A stretch of 64,000 nt of DNA from an uncultured virus (IMG/VR IMGVR_UViG_3300010358_000002). Lineage: Duplodnaviria; Heunggongvirae; Uroviricota; Caudoviricetes. A program made the translations under genes and the position numbers. The stretch is from IMG/VR virus record IMGVR_UViG_3300010358_000002; one strand, 5' to 3'. The notes under the pieces were generated by a model. The model searched no databases. It saw only the letters and a list, made by a program, of their open reading frames with translations, and was not told where the DNA came from. The stretch's first letter is position 1; each line of letters starts with the position of its first letter. Of this stretch, positions 26,911 through 35,942 are shown piece by piece.

Positions 26911-27308
26911 TGGAAACGCTTATGGGACTATATCAAATCTTTGATTCTATCTTACCAGATGAGAATGGTTGTCTCAACTTCCCTTCTCTTTCAGATAAGC
27001 CTAGGAGAAATCGTTATGTGTGGAAAGTTATAAGCGGAGAACCACGCGTCTGGGTGCATAGAGCGGCTTTGGAACGCAGGCTAGGAAGACCAATTCGTCC
27101 TGGATTTTATGCTCTACATTCTTGTGACAATAGGATCTGTGTTAATCCGAATCATATTTATGAGGGCACGTATAGAGACAATGCTAATGATAGGTCTACT
27201 AGGAATCATGGTAGTTACCTAATAGGAGATGATCATTGGACTAGAAGACATCCGGAATGGAATGTGCATGAAAGAGACGAATATGGAAGATTTAAGAAGA
27301 CGTCCTGA
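26910..27308 (+). CDS. HNH endonuclease (homing-type)
   Basis: VHR...ALHSCDNRICVNPNH...GT..DN..D. Confidence 0.85.
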   Translation: METLMGLYQIFDSILPDENGCLNFPSLSDKPRRNRYVWKVISGEPRVWVHRAALERRLGRPIRPGFYALHSCDNRICVNPNHIYEGTYRDNANDRSTRNHGSYLIGDDHWTRRHPEWNVHERDEYGRFKKTS

Positions 27309-27702
27309 GGGCAAGCTAATCTTGCTTGTAGACTTTGACGGATGCGTTCATAGTTATGCCTCGGGCTGGCAAGGTGCTACAATAATTCCTGACCCACCGG
27401 TTAAGGGAGTGTTTGAATGGTTGGAAACTGCTTTGATCTATTTTGATATACATATCTACTCTGCTCGATCTTCAGCTCCAGGGGGCAAGGAGGCGATGTA
27501 TGAGTATGTTAAGTGTCATGCTGGCAGGGATAGCACTCTTGCTATGCGTCTTAAATTTGTATCAGAAAAGCCAAGTTGTTTTCTTACTATTGACGATCGT
27601 TGCATTCGTTTTGATGGTAACTGGTCTGACCATCGCTTTGACCCGGTGAAACTTCTGGAGTTTAAATCATGGTACGAATTGAACAAATCAGCAATCCAAT
27701 AG
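27283..27702 (+). CDS. HAD-superfamily phosphatase
   Basis: Motif I VDFDG, SAR, KP, motif IV IDD. Confidence 0.85.
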   Translation: MEDLRRRPEGKLILLVDFDGCVHSYASGWQGATIIPDPPVKGVFEWLETALIYFDIHIYSARSSAPGGKEAMYEYVKCHAGRDSTLAMRLKFVSEKPSCFLTIDDRCIRFDGNWSDHRFDPVKLLEFKSWYELNKSAIQ

Positions 27703-28580
27703 AGCGTTTCGTTGCCTTTATTGCGGAGCGGGAGGCTATCCGTACCCGTAGATTTATTATGATGAAGCCTTGGCCATGGACAGAAGACCCTATATTACAG
27801 GAGTTTCGGTTCACAAATATACACAGGGAAGACGATGCAGTATCCCAACATTACCAGCGTACTATTCGCAATCGGTATAGCAACGATCCTCGTGTATTAC
27901 CCGCCACAGTCATCTATCGCTGGTTTAATAGGATTTCTACTTGCAATGCTATATTTAATAAACCTGATGTAAACAGCCTGTCAGTGTTTGAAAGATACGT
28001 ACAGAATTATGACATAGATCTCCTAATAAACTGTGTGGAGGCACTTCCACCTCCTCACGTAACAGGAGCATACATTATTCAAGGGAAACCCGGCCTTCCT
28101 AAAGCCAAGGGAGTAATCTATTATATTCATCGATGGCTTTTGAAACCATGGTTCGAACTTTACACAGCCTGGAAGGAGAAGCCTCCGCTACTGTCTGAAA
28201 TGTACGCAGAGCTTCATGGAGAAGGCTTGGGAAGCTTTATGCGAGGACAACTTGTCGCAGATCTCAAATACCTACCATTCATGTTAGAGGTAGAAGATTG
28301 GTGGACCTGGGCTACTCGAGGACCTGGAAGTATGCGCGGTTTGAACGTAGTATTTGATCGACCAATGATGGCCCCCTATGCTAAGGATCAATGGTTATTT
28401 GAGCTAAAGATATTGAGTGAAAGGGTTACTCCTTTGTTGGCAGGATATGGGATGGAACGCCTGCACAACCAAGATCTACAAAACTGTCTATGTGAATGGA
28501 GTAAATACACGAAAGTATTGACACTGCAAGGCCGTCCCCGACAAGTCTTCAAGAATAGGGAGCAAGTCCATGTTCAATGA
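27669..28580 (+). CDS. aGPT-Pplase clade 1-like DNA base hypermodification protein
   Basis: ERE.IR..R, PWTEDPILQEFRFTNIHREDD, RWFN, TGAY, GLGSFM..QLVADL, GPGS.RGL, QNCLCEWSKY. Confidence 0.85.
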   Translation: MVRIEQISNPIERFVAFIAEREAIRTRRFIMMKPWPWTEDPILQEFRFTNIHREDDAVSQHYQRTIRNRYSNDPRVLPATVIYRWFNRISTCNAIFNKPDVNSLSVFERYVQNYDIDLLINCVEALPPPHVTGAYIIQGKPGLPKAKGVIYYIHRWLLKPWFELYTAWKEKPPLLSEMYAELHGEGLGSFMRGQLVADLKYLPFMLEVEDWWTWATRGPGSMRGLNVVFDRPMMAPYAKDQWLFELKILSERVTPLLAGYGMERLHNQDLQNCLCEWSKYTKVLTLQGRPRQVFKNREQVHVQ

Positions 28581-29328
28581 TCTGCAAATATTAATTCCTT
28601 CTCGCTCCCGAGCCAAGAGTCAAAAGACCATCTACAATATGTCAGAAAGACTTTGGCCGATTACAGCTATCGTTGTGCCTGCGACACAGTACAGGGAATA
28701 TCGCACTACGATACCAATGCAGATAGGAATAATAGGTTGTGATGGCATTGGGAATTGTGCTACTCGGCACTTCATGTTGCATACCAAGAAGACAGGCAAG
28801 CTCATTACATTCGATGATGATCTAACATTCTATAGACGCACTGAAGATGGTACCAAGTTTGAAAGAATCTTTGGGAAAGATACAGAGCGCATGGTAGAGA
28901 TAATCCTGGCTTATCTAGATGATTACCCATTCGTAGGACTAGTCGATAAATTCATGAGTCAGCACACTCCCCGTAGGCACAAGGAATGTGCTAGATTCAA
29001 TGAGGTATATGGATACAACCGGGATACCCTACCGGTCCCGTGGCCTGAGTTTCGAGTGCCTCATGAAGAAGAACACGACTTTCACCTACAACTGATCACA
29101 CGTGGTCACAAAACAGCCGTAATCACAGAGTATAGTAAAGGACAGCGGACCTGGGCTCCAGGTGGTTGTGCCGATTGGCGTAAGACAGAAGTCTTTGAAA
29201 AGGCTTATGAACAGATGGGTCAGTTATGGCCTGGAATAGTCAGCTTTGGTGGCAAGCCGACAGACTTTATGCCATACCGAATACGATATAATTGGGAAGC
29301 AGCTAAGAGACAAGGTGGAATAACTTGA
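28570..29328 (+). CDS. GT-A fold glycosyltransferase (GREB1/TET-associated GT-like), copy 1
   Basis: IPSRSR, TR..ML, FDDDL, EEHDFHLQL, APGGC. Confidence 0.8.
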   Translation: MFNDLQILIPSRSRAKSQKTIYNMSERLWPITAIVVPATQYREYRTTIPMQIGIIGCDGIGNCATRHFMLHTKKTGKLITFDDDLTFYRRTEDGTKFERIFGKDTERMVEIILAYLDDYPFVGLVDKFMSQHTPRRHKECARFNEVYGYNRDTLPVPWPEFRVPHEEEHDFHLQLITRGHKTAVITEYSKGQRTWAPGGCADWRKTEVFEKAYEQMGQLWPGIVSFGGKPTDFMPYRIRYNWEAAKRQGGIT

Positions 29329-29384
29329 CTGTGGGTAAAGCATAATTGAGCTTGCGTTCACATGTGGCAAAAGGTAGCATAGTT

Positions 29385-30176
29385 ATGCGAATAATCATAC
29401 CAACACGAGGCCGCACGACCAACCAGTTAACGATAATGTCGTTAATTGGTTGTGACCTTATCAAACGTACCATTCTAGTCTGTCCACAAAACGAGTACAA
29501 CCGAATACGTTCAATGCGTGACGACTACGATGTCGTGGCGCAGCCAGAACAGGATTGGAAGATAGCTGAAAAACGGGCCTGGATCTTGGAGGAATGGCAT
29601 AGACGTGGTGAGGAAAAGATCATCATGCTAGATGATGACCTGCGGTTTGCCACTCGTAAAAGCGAAGGCGATTGGCACCTACGGGAAATTAAAGGTGAGG
29701 AACTTATTCCTGAGTTCCAGCGTATCGAGGATAAACTTGGGCCTGAGTTTCCACATGTAGGGTTCGGACAACGACAGGGGAACAACCAACTCGCAGAAGT
29801 CGGCTGGAAATCACCCGGTAAGATGTGCTATGCACTCGGGTTCTATTTACCGGTTGTTCTCAAGGAGTGTGTTCTTCGGCGTATCGCGTTGCGGGAAGAT
29901 ATGGAACTGTCACTGCAACTGCTATTGAAGGGCTATCCCAATGCCATCTGGACCTCTACTGTTGTGGACCAGCGTGGTTATGATAAGCCTGGAGGAACTA
30001 GCAATGAACGTACTGTCGAAATCTCTAATGCTGAAGCTCGTAGATTGGCTGAGCTATTTCCAGGGTACGTTTCAACTGTAGAGCGCGCATATAAATCTAG
30101 CCTACCCCGCATAGAAGTGATGGTTCAATGGCAAAAGGCGTTGGAGGATGGCCAACGTAGACGAGCTACAAAGTAA
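29385..30176 (+). CDS. GT-A fold glycosyltransferase (GREB1/TET-associated GT-like), copy 2
   Basis: IIIPTRGR, KRAWIL, MLDDDL, EDMELSLQLL..GY, PGG; promoter-like TTGCGT-17bp-TAGCAT upstream. Confidence 0.85.
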   Translation: MRIIIPTRGRTTNQLTIMSLIGCDLIKRTILVCPQNEYNRIRSMRDDYDVVAQPEQDWKIAEKRAWILEEWHRRGEEKIIMLDDDLRFATRKSEGDWHLREIKGEELIPEFQRIEDKLGPEFPHVGFGQRQGNNQLAEVGWKSPGKMCYALGFYLPVVLKECVLRRIALREDMELSLQLLLKGYPNAIWTSTVVDQRGYDKPGGTSNERTVEISNAEARRLAELFPGYVSTVERAYKSSLPRIEVMVQWQKALEDGQRRRATK

Positions 30177-30894
30177 GCTTCGGGACTTATCAAAAGTTTC
30201 ACTGGAGTATAGAGCAGACTATACCCCGGTCCCACATTTTGCGACCGAGTTCCATGGATATAGCCAAGCTCATATTTCATTAGCAGTATTTAAGAGGACT
30301 GAGCCACCAGAGCTTGCCTTGGCTCAGGCTAGGTTTATGGATTACCTTGGGCCAGAAGTATGCCCTAGAATTTATGCTGTTAATGATGATTCCTATTGTA
30401 TGGAATATCTGTACCCGGTTGAGTTTCACCATGATAGTTTGATTGTGCAAGAAAGTTTTTTAGAAAGACATGTTTGGTGTCGAGAAGTTAAAGTACGTGA
30501 TAGAGATCCATTGTTTGATACGCTGCCTCTATGGGTAAAGGAACCAAAGTGTGTGATCCATGGTGATCCTACCCTTGATAATGTGTTAATGACTAAAGAC
30601 GGGATGATGCGTATTACTGATCCTATTCCGCCCGCATTTCTTAGGAAGCCAAGCATCAAGGGTGTAGACCATGGAAAAATCTTACAATCTTTTCTTGGAT
30701 GGGAAGTCGTACTCCGTGGTGCTCCTCAGATACAGTATCAATGGCCGAACTACATGCAGGATTACGATACAGCAAAACGAGCCATCTTCTGGGCCATGGT
30801 TGCTCTTAAACGAATTGCCAAGCGTGATATCTTCGATAGTGCAACCCAATGGGCGACCAGAGTAGGAAAGGGATTGGAGGAGTTATGCAAGTAA
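30148..30894 (+). CDS. APH/choline-kinase-like phosphotransferase
   Basis: PRIY...YCMEY, IHGDPTLDNV, ITDP, DHGK. Confidence 0.8.
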   Translation: MANVDELQSKLRDLSKVSLEYRADYTPVPHFATEFHGYSQAHISLAVFKRTEPPELALAQARFMDYLGPEVCPRIYAVNDDSYCMEYLYPVEFHHDSLIVQESFLERHVWCREVKVRDRDPLFDTLPLWVKEPKCVIHGDPTLDNVLMTKDGMMRITDPIPPAFLRKPSIKGVDHGKILQSFLGWEVVLRGAPQIQYQWPNYMQDYDTAKRAIFWAMVALKRIAKRDIFDSATQWATRVGKGLEELCK

Positions 30895-31574
30895 TCATCC
30901 TAGCAGCAGGACAAAGTCACCGGTTTAAGGAAGCTGGATATAGTATTTCTAAACCATTCTTAGAAATTGAATGGCGAGGATTAGTGGCTCCTATGCTGGA
31001 ACATGTTCGCTATACCATTCCGTTAGAATTTAAGGGAGTCACAGTAGCCACATTGATAGGTGGGAGCCCTATTAGCTCAGAAGTAAATATCATAGGAATT
31101 GAAAATACAAAGGGTCCAGCAGATACAGTCCGACAAGTCATAGAAAAAATAGAGCCACAGTCCTGTTTAATTATGGATTCAGATATTCTTAACTTCACTA
31201 ATGACCTTCGTGGAATAACCAATCTACCAGATTCATACATCGGTGTTCTAGTTTGTCGCAGCAACAATCCTGCTTTTTCATATGTTGACAGCATAGAGTT
31301 GTTTAATGTGATAAAGGAAAAGAACCGTATATCTGAGTATGCAGTAAGGGGAGCCTATTTTGTTGGAAAGGATGTCATGGGTGAATTCACGTTTGCCCTG
31401 GATGCTGCAACTACTGGTCAACAAGAACCGTTTGTCAGCCATGCCTTCGATCTAATGGGGTGTAAGAAAATGGCAATCGAAACGACCTATGTACCGGTAG
31501 ATTGGGGAACACCCCATGATGTAGAATTAAGCGGCGCAAGAATCATAACAGAACGGAGGAAGGAATGTTCGTAA
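30885..31574 (+). CDS. Sugar-phosphate nucleotidyltransferase
   Basis: ILAAGQSHRF..AGY..KP, TKGPA, DSD, KEK..IS, GAYF, WGTP. Confidence 0.85.
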   Translation: MQVIILAAGQSHRFKEAGYSISKPFLEIEWRGLVAPMLEHVRYTIPLEFKGVTVATLIGGSPISSEVNIIGIENTKGPADTVRQVIEKIEPQSCLIMDSDILNFTNDLRGITNLPDSYIGVLVCRSNNPAFSYVDSIELFNVIKEKNRISEYAVRGAYFVGKDVMGEFTFALDAATTGQQEPFVSHAFDLMGCKKMAIETTYVPVDWGTPHDVELSGARIITERRKECS

Positions 31575-32599
31575 TCAATGCTACCAACGTTCGTGATGCC
31601 CTGCCTACGGCTGTGAAGTATGTCACACGCTTTGGAGAAACAGAAATAACCAGGAATGGACGAGCCAAAGTATCGCCCAAACCTGTGACTATCCGTTACA
31701 GGTATCCGAAGAATCATGTCTTAATCAATGCAGTGCGTGATGCAAATCCATTCTTCCACCTAATGGAAGCTATGTGGATGTTATCAGGTAGGAACGATGG
31801 GGGGTTCTTGGACAATTATATCAAGGACTTCAGTAAACTGTATGGAAATACCAATGGCATCGTGCCTGATGCCTATGGGTATAGATGGCGAACTCAGTTT
31901 GGTTATGACCAACTCACCTCACTTGTTCAATTATTAAAGGAAGACCCTACCACACGGCAAGCGGTCTTACAAATGTGGGATGATGATTTACAAACCAAGG
32001 GGTCTATCAAGCCCTGTAATCTTGTAGCTACATTTCGTATTCGAAATGATAAGCTGGACATGACTGTATTCAATAGATCCAATGACCTAATCTGGGGTTG
32101 TTGTGGGGCGAATGCAGTTCACTTTCCTCTTGTACAGGAATACCTTGCCAGTATGATAGGAATACAGCAGGGGGAATATTGGCAAATCACTACCAATCTG
32201 CACCTGTATCAAAAACATCTTGATAAGTTTCATGATCGTATAGAACTTGGCAGAGATTTACATGTAGCCCTGAGGGATAAAGGTGACTACGAGAATACAG
32301 CTCCTTTGATAAATGATCCTGCACATTTCGATGAAGACTTAGAAGATACCATGGCTATCATAGAAGATGTAAACCAAGATCTAGAAACCTATGATGGTAA
32401 CATATCCAACACATTCCTAGCGAATGTGGTTATCCCTATGGCCAGGGCACATCGTCACTATAAGAATAGAGCTATGGCTGAAGCGTTTGTAGAGTTAGAT
32501 AAAGTGATCGCTGCAGACTGGAAGCGTGCAGGAGTAGAGTGGGTGAAGCGACGAACCTCGGTACGAGTGACGGAGCAAGCAGATGATCAACCGGTATGA
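31565..32599 (+). CDS. Thymidylate synthase homolog, probable dUMP hydroxymethylase
   Basis: NPFFHL.E..W, AYGYR, TRQA, catalytic PC, RSND..WG...N (Asn at the pyrimidine-specificity site), NLHLY. Confidence 0.85.
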   Translation: MFVINATNVRDALPTAVKYVTRFGETEITRNGRAKVSPKPVTIRYRYPKNHVLINAVRDANPFFHLMEAMWMLSGRNDGGFLDNYIKDFSKLYGNTNGIVPDAYGYRWRTQFGYDQLTSLVQLLKEDPTTRQAVLQMWDDDLQTKGSIKPCNLVATFRIRNDKLDMTVFNRSNDLIWGCCGANAVHFPLVQEYLASMIGIQQGEYWQITTNLHLYQKHLDKFHDRIELGRDLHVALRDKGDYENTAPLINDPAHFDEDLEDTMAIIEDVNQDLETYDGNISNTFLANVVIPMARAHRHYKNRAMAEAFVELDKVIAADWKRAGVEWVKRRTSVRVTEQADDQPV

Positions 32600-33101
32600 G
32601 ATATATCGTTCCCGGTATTTGGCTGGATGTGTCAAGCGGTATTCGACTTGGCCTATGCTGCGTGAACAGACAGTAGGGCATCATTGTTGGCGAGTCGCGT
32701 GTATATATGTTGAAATATTTGGGATGCCACGAGCAGAGGTCCTCTATTTTTGTCTTCATCATGATAGTGGTGAACTCTGGTCTGGTGACATACCGTTTGG
32801 AGTTAAGAAACAAATGCCAGGATTAAAGGACCTGATGACCCAGGCAGAATCTGTCGGGTTACATCAACTAGAATTAAGACTACCAGAACTTACTAAGGAA
32901 GAGCGTATCAAAGTTAAAATATCTGATCTTCTAGAAATGCACGAAACAGGTGAGCATGAAATGAACCTTGGTAACAAGTACGCTGAGCCTATTGTACTGG
33001 ATACTTTGCATGAAGCACAACTTCTAGCGAAAGAATCTTGTATGAGTCAACATGTCAACGACTGGCTAAGAGAAAGAGGGAGTGGCAAACATGTCCGCTA
33101 A
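32583..33101 (+). CDS. HD-domain 5'-deoxynucleotidase/dNTPase (YfbR-like)
   Basis: VKRY, TVGHH, HD..E..SGDIP..VK, VKISD. Confidence 0.85.
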   Translation: MINRYEIYRSRYLAGCVKRYSTWPMLREQTVGHHCWRVACIYVEIFGMPRAEVLYFCLHHDSGELWSGDIPFGVKKQMPGLKDLMTQAESVGLHQLELRLPELTKEERIKVKISDLLEMHETGEHEMNLGNKYAEPIVLDTLHEAQLLAKESCMSQHVNDWLRERGSGKHVR

Positions 33102-33633
33102 CGACAAGAAAATCAAGCACTATGCATCTGAATATCAGCACTGGGATTTGGCTGTAGTCATTCCTCTGGGTTACTTCGAGGGATGCTCAACCAAATATGT
33201 CTGCCGCTGGCGTAAGAAGGGCGGGTTAGAAGATCTGCAAAAAGCGATGCATTATCTGGATAAGCTCATAGAATTTTATCCACTCAAGATTCCTGTACGC
33301 AATCTTAATCGAAGTGAAATACAGTACGAAGTAAGTCGTTTCTCAGCCGCCAATAAGCTGAGTATAATAGAAGAAGAGTATATTCTACTGCTCTGTAACT
33401 ATAAACATGAGGATGACCTAAGGACAGCACGGCTAGTGCTTGAAGATATCATCGACCTAGCCCATGAACCTGACTTTCATAGTGAGGTGGCTGAAGAAAC
33501 CGGCCTTGATCGTAAACAAGCTAAGGAACTTAACCTCGCTAAAGCTTACAATGTAGAACCGAACCGTCCCGGCACACCAGATGATGGAGGACACCATGCT
33601 ACTGGACAAACTGATCCCGAAGAACTGGCGTAG
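33091..33633 (+). CDS. DUF3310-like protein with C-terminal PolA O-helix-like segment
   Basis: HY...YFEG..TKYV.RW.KKGG.EDL.KA.HY; then DFH..VA..TGL.R..AK..N..KAY. Confidence 0.8.
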   Translation: MSANDKKIKHYASEYQHWDLAVVIPLGYFEGCSTKYVCRWRKKGGLEDLQKAMHYLDKLIEFYPLKIPVRNLNRSEIQYEVSRFSAANKLSIIEEEYILLLCNYKHEDDLRTARLVLEDIIDLAHEPDFHSEVAEETGLDRKQAKELNLAKAYNVEPNRPGTPDDGGHHATGQTDPEELA

Positions 33634-33813
33634 CGGAAAGCACGCTGCGGAGCCATTTACCGGTGACTGTAAACTCGTCAGGAACTCGTCTTTTCGTAAG
33701 CTCGCTCGGGCTATGCGGCGAGGAAAAGTGCCTGAAGAACGACAGTTTATTATTGATGAAGCACAGAAAAATGCATCTAGGCGCGCGGGTATGTACAGCC
33801 GTACCCGCACCCC

Positions 33814-33830
33814 CTGTTAATGGCATTACA
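33814..33830. promoter_or_regulatory. 17-bp motif CTGTTAATGGCATTACA, copy 2
   Basis: 43 bp upstream of the DNA polymerase start. Confidence 0.6.
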
Positions 33831-33873
33831 CCCCATCCGGGCGGGCAGGGCGGAGTCATGAAAGGGCATAGCT

Positions 33874-35862
33874 ATGGGCGCGCGTAAACCACCAAGCTTT
33901 GATCAATTCCCTCTATTCGTACCGGATAGCTCATGGGTTCCACCCACCGAACTACCGGACTTATCACGCGAGACTGAGGTCGCTATCGACACAGAAACGC
34001 GCGATGATATGCTCGCCAAAGATAAGGGACCAGGGTTCTATGCCTACGAAAAAAGCAATCCCAACACTGGATTTATATGCGGAATCTCCGTTGCGTGGCG
34101 GGATCAGTCTATATATATCCCTCTCCGGCATTACGGAGAACCATGCTATTTCGATATTGATCTCATCCAGCGATGGCTCAAAACCCTCGTTAGTCAGGAC
34201 AAGACCAGATTCGTATTCCATAATTTTGGATACGACTGGGGATGGATCGACGCCTCATTTAAAATTGAACCTCCATCCCTAATAGATGACACGATGGCCA
34301 TGGCAAGCATGGTCAATGAGAACCTTCCTTCATTTGCCTTGGATAATCTTTGCCGAACATTTGGACTGCCCGGTAAAGATGAAAGACTCTTAGTTGAGGC
34401 AGCAGGAAACTACAAGATCAGGCCAGAAGACGTTAAGAAATACATCTGGCGTTTGGGAAGTAAGTTCGTTGGCCCATACGCTGAGCAAGATGCTAAGAGC
34501 ACATTGCAGCTTGCTCAAAAGCTACGTCCTTTATTAGCAGCAGAAAACTTAGAAGCTGCATATCAGGTTGAATGTGATTTATTACCTATCACACTAAAGA
34601 TGAAACAACACGGTATTCGTGTAGATACACTAAGAGCTGAAGAATATTCCGATAAGATTTTAAAGCGTTGTGAAGAAGAGTTATTTGATCTTAGCAAAGC
34701 TGTACAAGATAAAGTCACAATTAAGAGCCTAAGACAGAATCGCTGGTTAACAGAAAAATTCATAAAGTTTAACTTAGAACCACCCAGAACTCAAAAAGGA
34801 CATTGGAGTTATGAAAAAAGTTATATGGCTCACCATGAGCATTGGTTTCCTCGTGCAGCCTATAGAATCAAGCATCAATGGGATTTGGCTGAAAAATTCT
34901 TGCAGAAGTTTATCCTGAAGTATGCTCTTAACGGTAGGATTTATGCTACGATTAATCAATTCCGCAGTGAATACGGAGGTGCTCGTAGTCACCGGTTTAG
35001 TTACAGTGACCCACCGCTTCAACAAATGCCAAGCCGAGATGATGAATGGGCTCCTGTTATTAGATCGTGCTTTATACCAGAAGATGGGCAGCTCTGGTGT
35101 AGCATTGACTATAGGCAACAGGAATATAGGCTCATTGTATTTATAGCTGAACGCTATAGAGCAAGAGGAGCTAAGAAGGCTGCGGATAGGTATCGCAATG
35201 ATCCTGATACAGATTTCCACCAATATGTAGCAGATATCACACGGCTCGAACGTCGTCGTGCTAAGGATACTAACTTCGCCAAGGCTTATGGAGCAGGGGT
35301 AAGGAAGTTTGCTTTAATGACAGGCTTAGATGAAACTGAAGCAATGGAGGTTTATAATCAATATGATGAAGAGCTGCCATTTGTCCGTGAAGCGTCGGAT
35401 AAATATACCCGATTTGCAGCACAAAACGGGTACATAACACTGATCGATGGAGCACGCAATCATTTTAACTTATATGAACCAATTATGAGAGACTTTGCTA
35501 GGGAAGATCAATATGAAAATATGGATTGCACCCCTTGCCTAGAGGAAGAATATGAAAGGCGTAAAAATGATAAGAACCATCCCTGGTACGGGGAGCGTGG
35601 AAAGCGTGCCTATACTCATAAAGCTTTCAACCGAATGATTCAGGGCAGTGCTGCTCGACAGACTAAGAAAGCCATGGTCAATCTTGTTAAAGCAGGATAT
35701 CAGCCTGTGCTGCAACTTCATGATGAACTATGCTTTAGCCTGAATAATGAAAAAGAGGCTCGTGAATGTGCTCAAATAATGCAAGAGGCAATGCCAGTGA
35801 TCACTATTCCAATGCTGACTGATGTGAAGCTTGGTAAAAGTTGGGGGCAACTGAAAAAATAA
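33874..35862 (+). CDS. polA: DNA polymerase family A with 3'-5' exonuclease
   Basis: ExoI DTET, ExoII HN..YD, ExoIII YAEQD; motif A DYRQQEYR, motif B RRRAKDTNFAKAYG, IQGSAA, motif C HDE. Confidence 0.95.
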   Translation: MGARKPPSFDQFPLFVPDSSWVPPTELPDLSRETEVAIDTETRDDMLAKDKGPGFYAYEKSNPNTGFICGISVAWRDQSIYIPLRHYGEPCYFDIDLIQRWLKTLVSQDKTRFVFHNFGYDWGWIDASFKIEPPSLIDDTMAMASMVNENLPSFALDNLCRTFGLPGKDERLLVEAAGNYKIRPEDVKKYIWRLGSKFVGPYAEQDAKSTLQLAQKLRPLLAAENLEAAYQVECDLLPITLKMKQHGIRVDTLRAEEYSDKILKRCEEELFDLSKAVQDKVTIKSLRQNRWLTEKFIKFNLEPPRTQKGHWSYEKSYMAHHEHWFPRAAYRIKHQWDLAEKFLQKFILKYALNGRIYATINQFRSEYGGARSHRFSYSDPPLQQMPSRDDEWAPVIRSCFIPEDGQLWCSIDYRQQEYRLIVFIAERYRARGAKKAADRYRNDPDTDFHQYVADITRLERRRAKDTNFAKAYGAGVRKFALMTGLDETEAMEVYNQYDEELPFVREASDKYTRFAAQNGYITLIDGARNHFNLYEPIMRDFAREDQYENMDCTPCLEEEYERRKNDKNHPWYGERGKRAYTHKAFNRMIQGSAARQTKKAMVNLVKAGYQPVLQLHDELCFSLNNEKEARECAQIMQEAMPVITIPMLTDVKLGKSWGQLKK

Positions 35863-35875
35863 TTCTCTCGGGGGG

Positions 35876-35904
35876 TTGCATTCTTTCTCTTCCTGTGGTA
35901 AAGC
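35876..35904 (+). promoter_or_regulatory. Sigma70-type phage promoter (GTAAAG family)
   Basis: TTGCAT-17bp-TAAAGC followed by ATAAT. Confidence 0.6.
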
Positions 35905-35942
35905 ATAATTGTTGGAAGATACCAGCAAACAGGGAGAAAATC

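Noticed and set aside
31565..32599. dCMP hydroxymethylase (T4-like hmC pathway) or ordinary ThyA
   Set aside because: The specificity residue aligns to Asn rather than Asp, and the aGPT-Pplase1 context favours 5-hmdU. This is not fully excluded without an assay.
32583..33101. DatZ of a 2-aminoadenine (Z-genome) pathway
   Set aside because: No PurZ/adenylosuccinate-synthetase homolog in the window; the neighbours point to pyrimidine modification.
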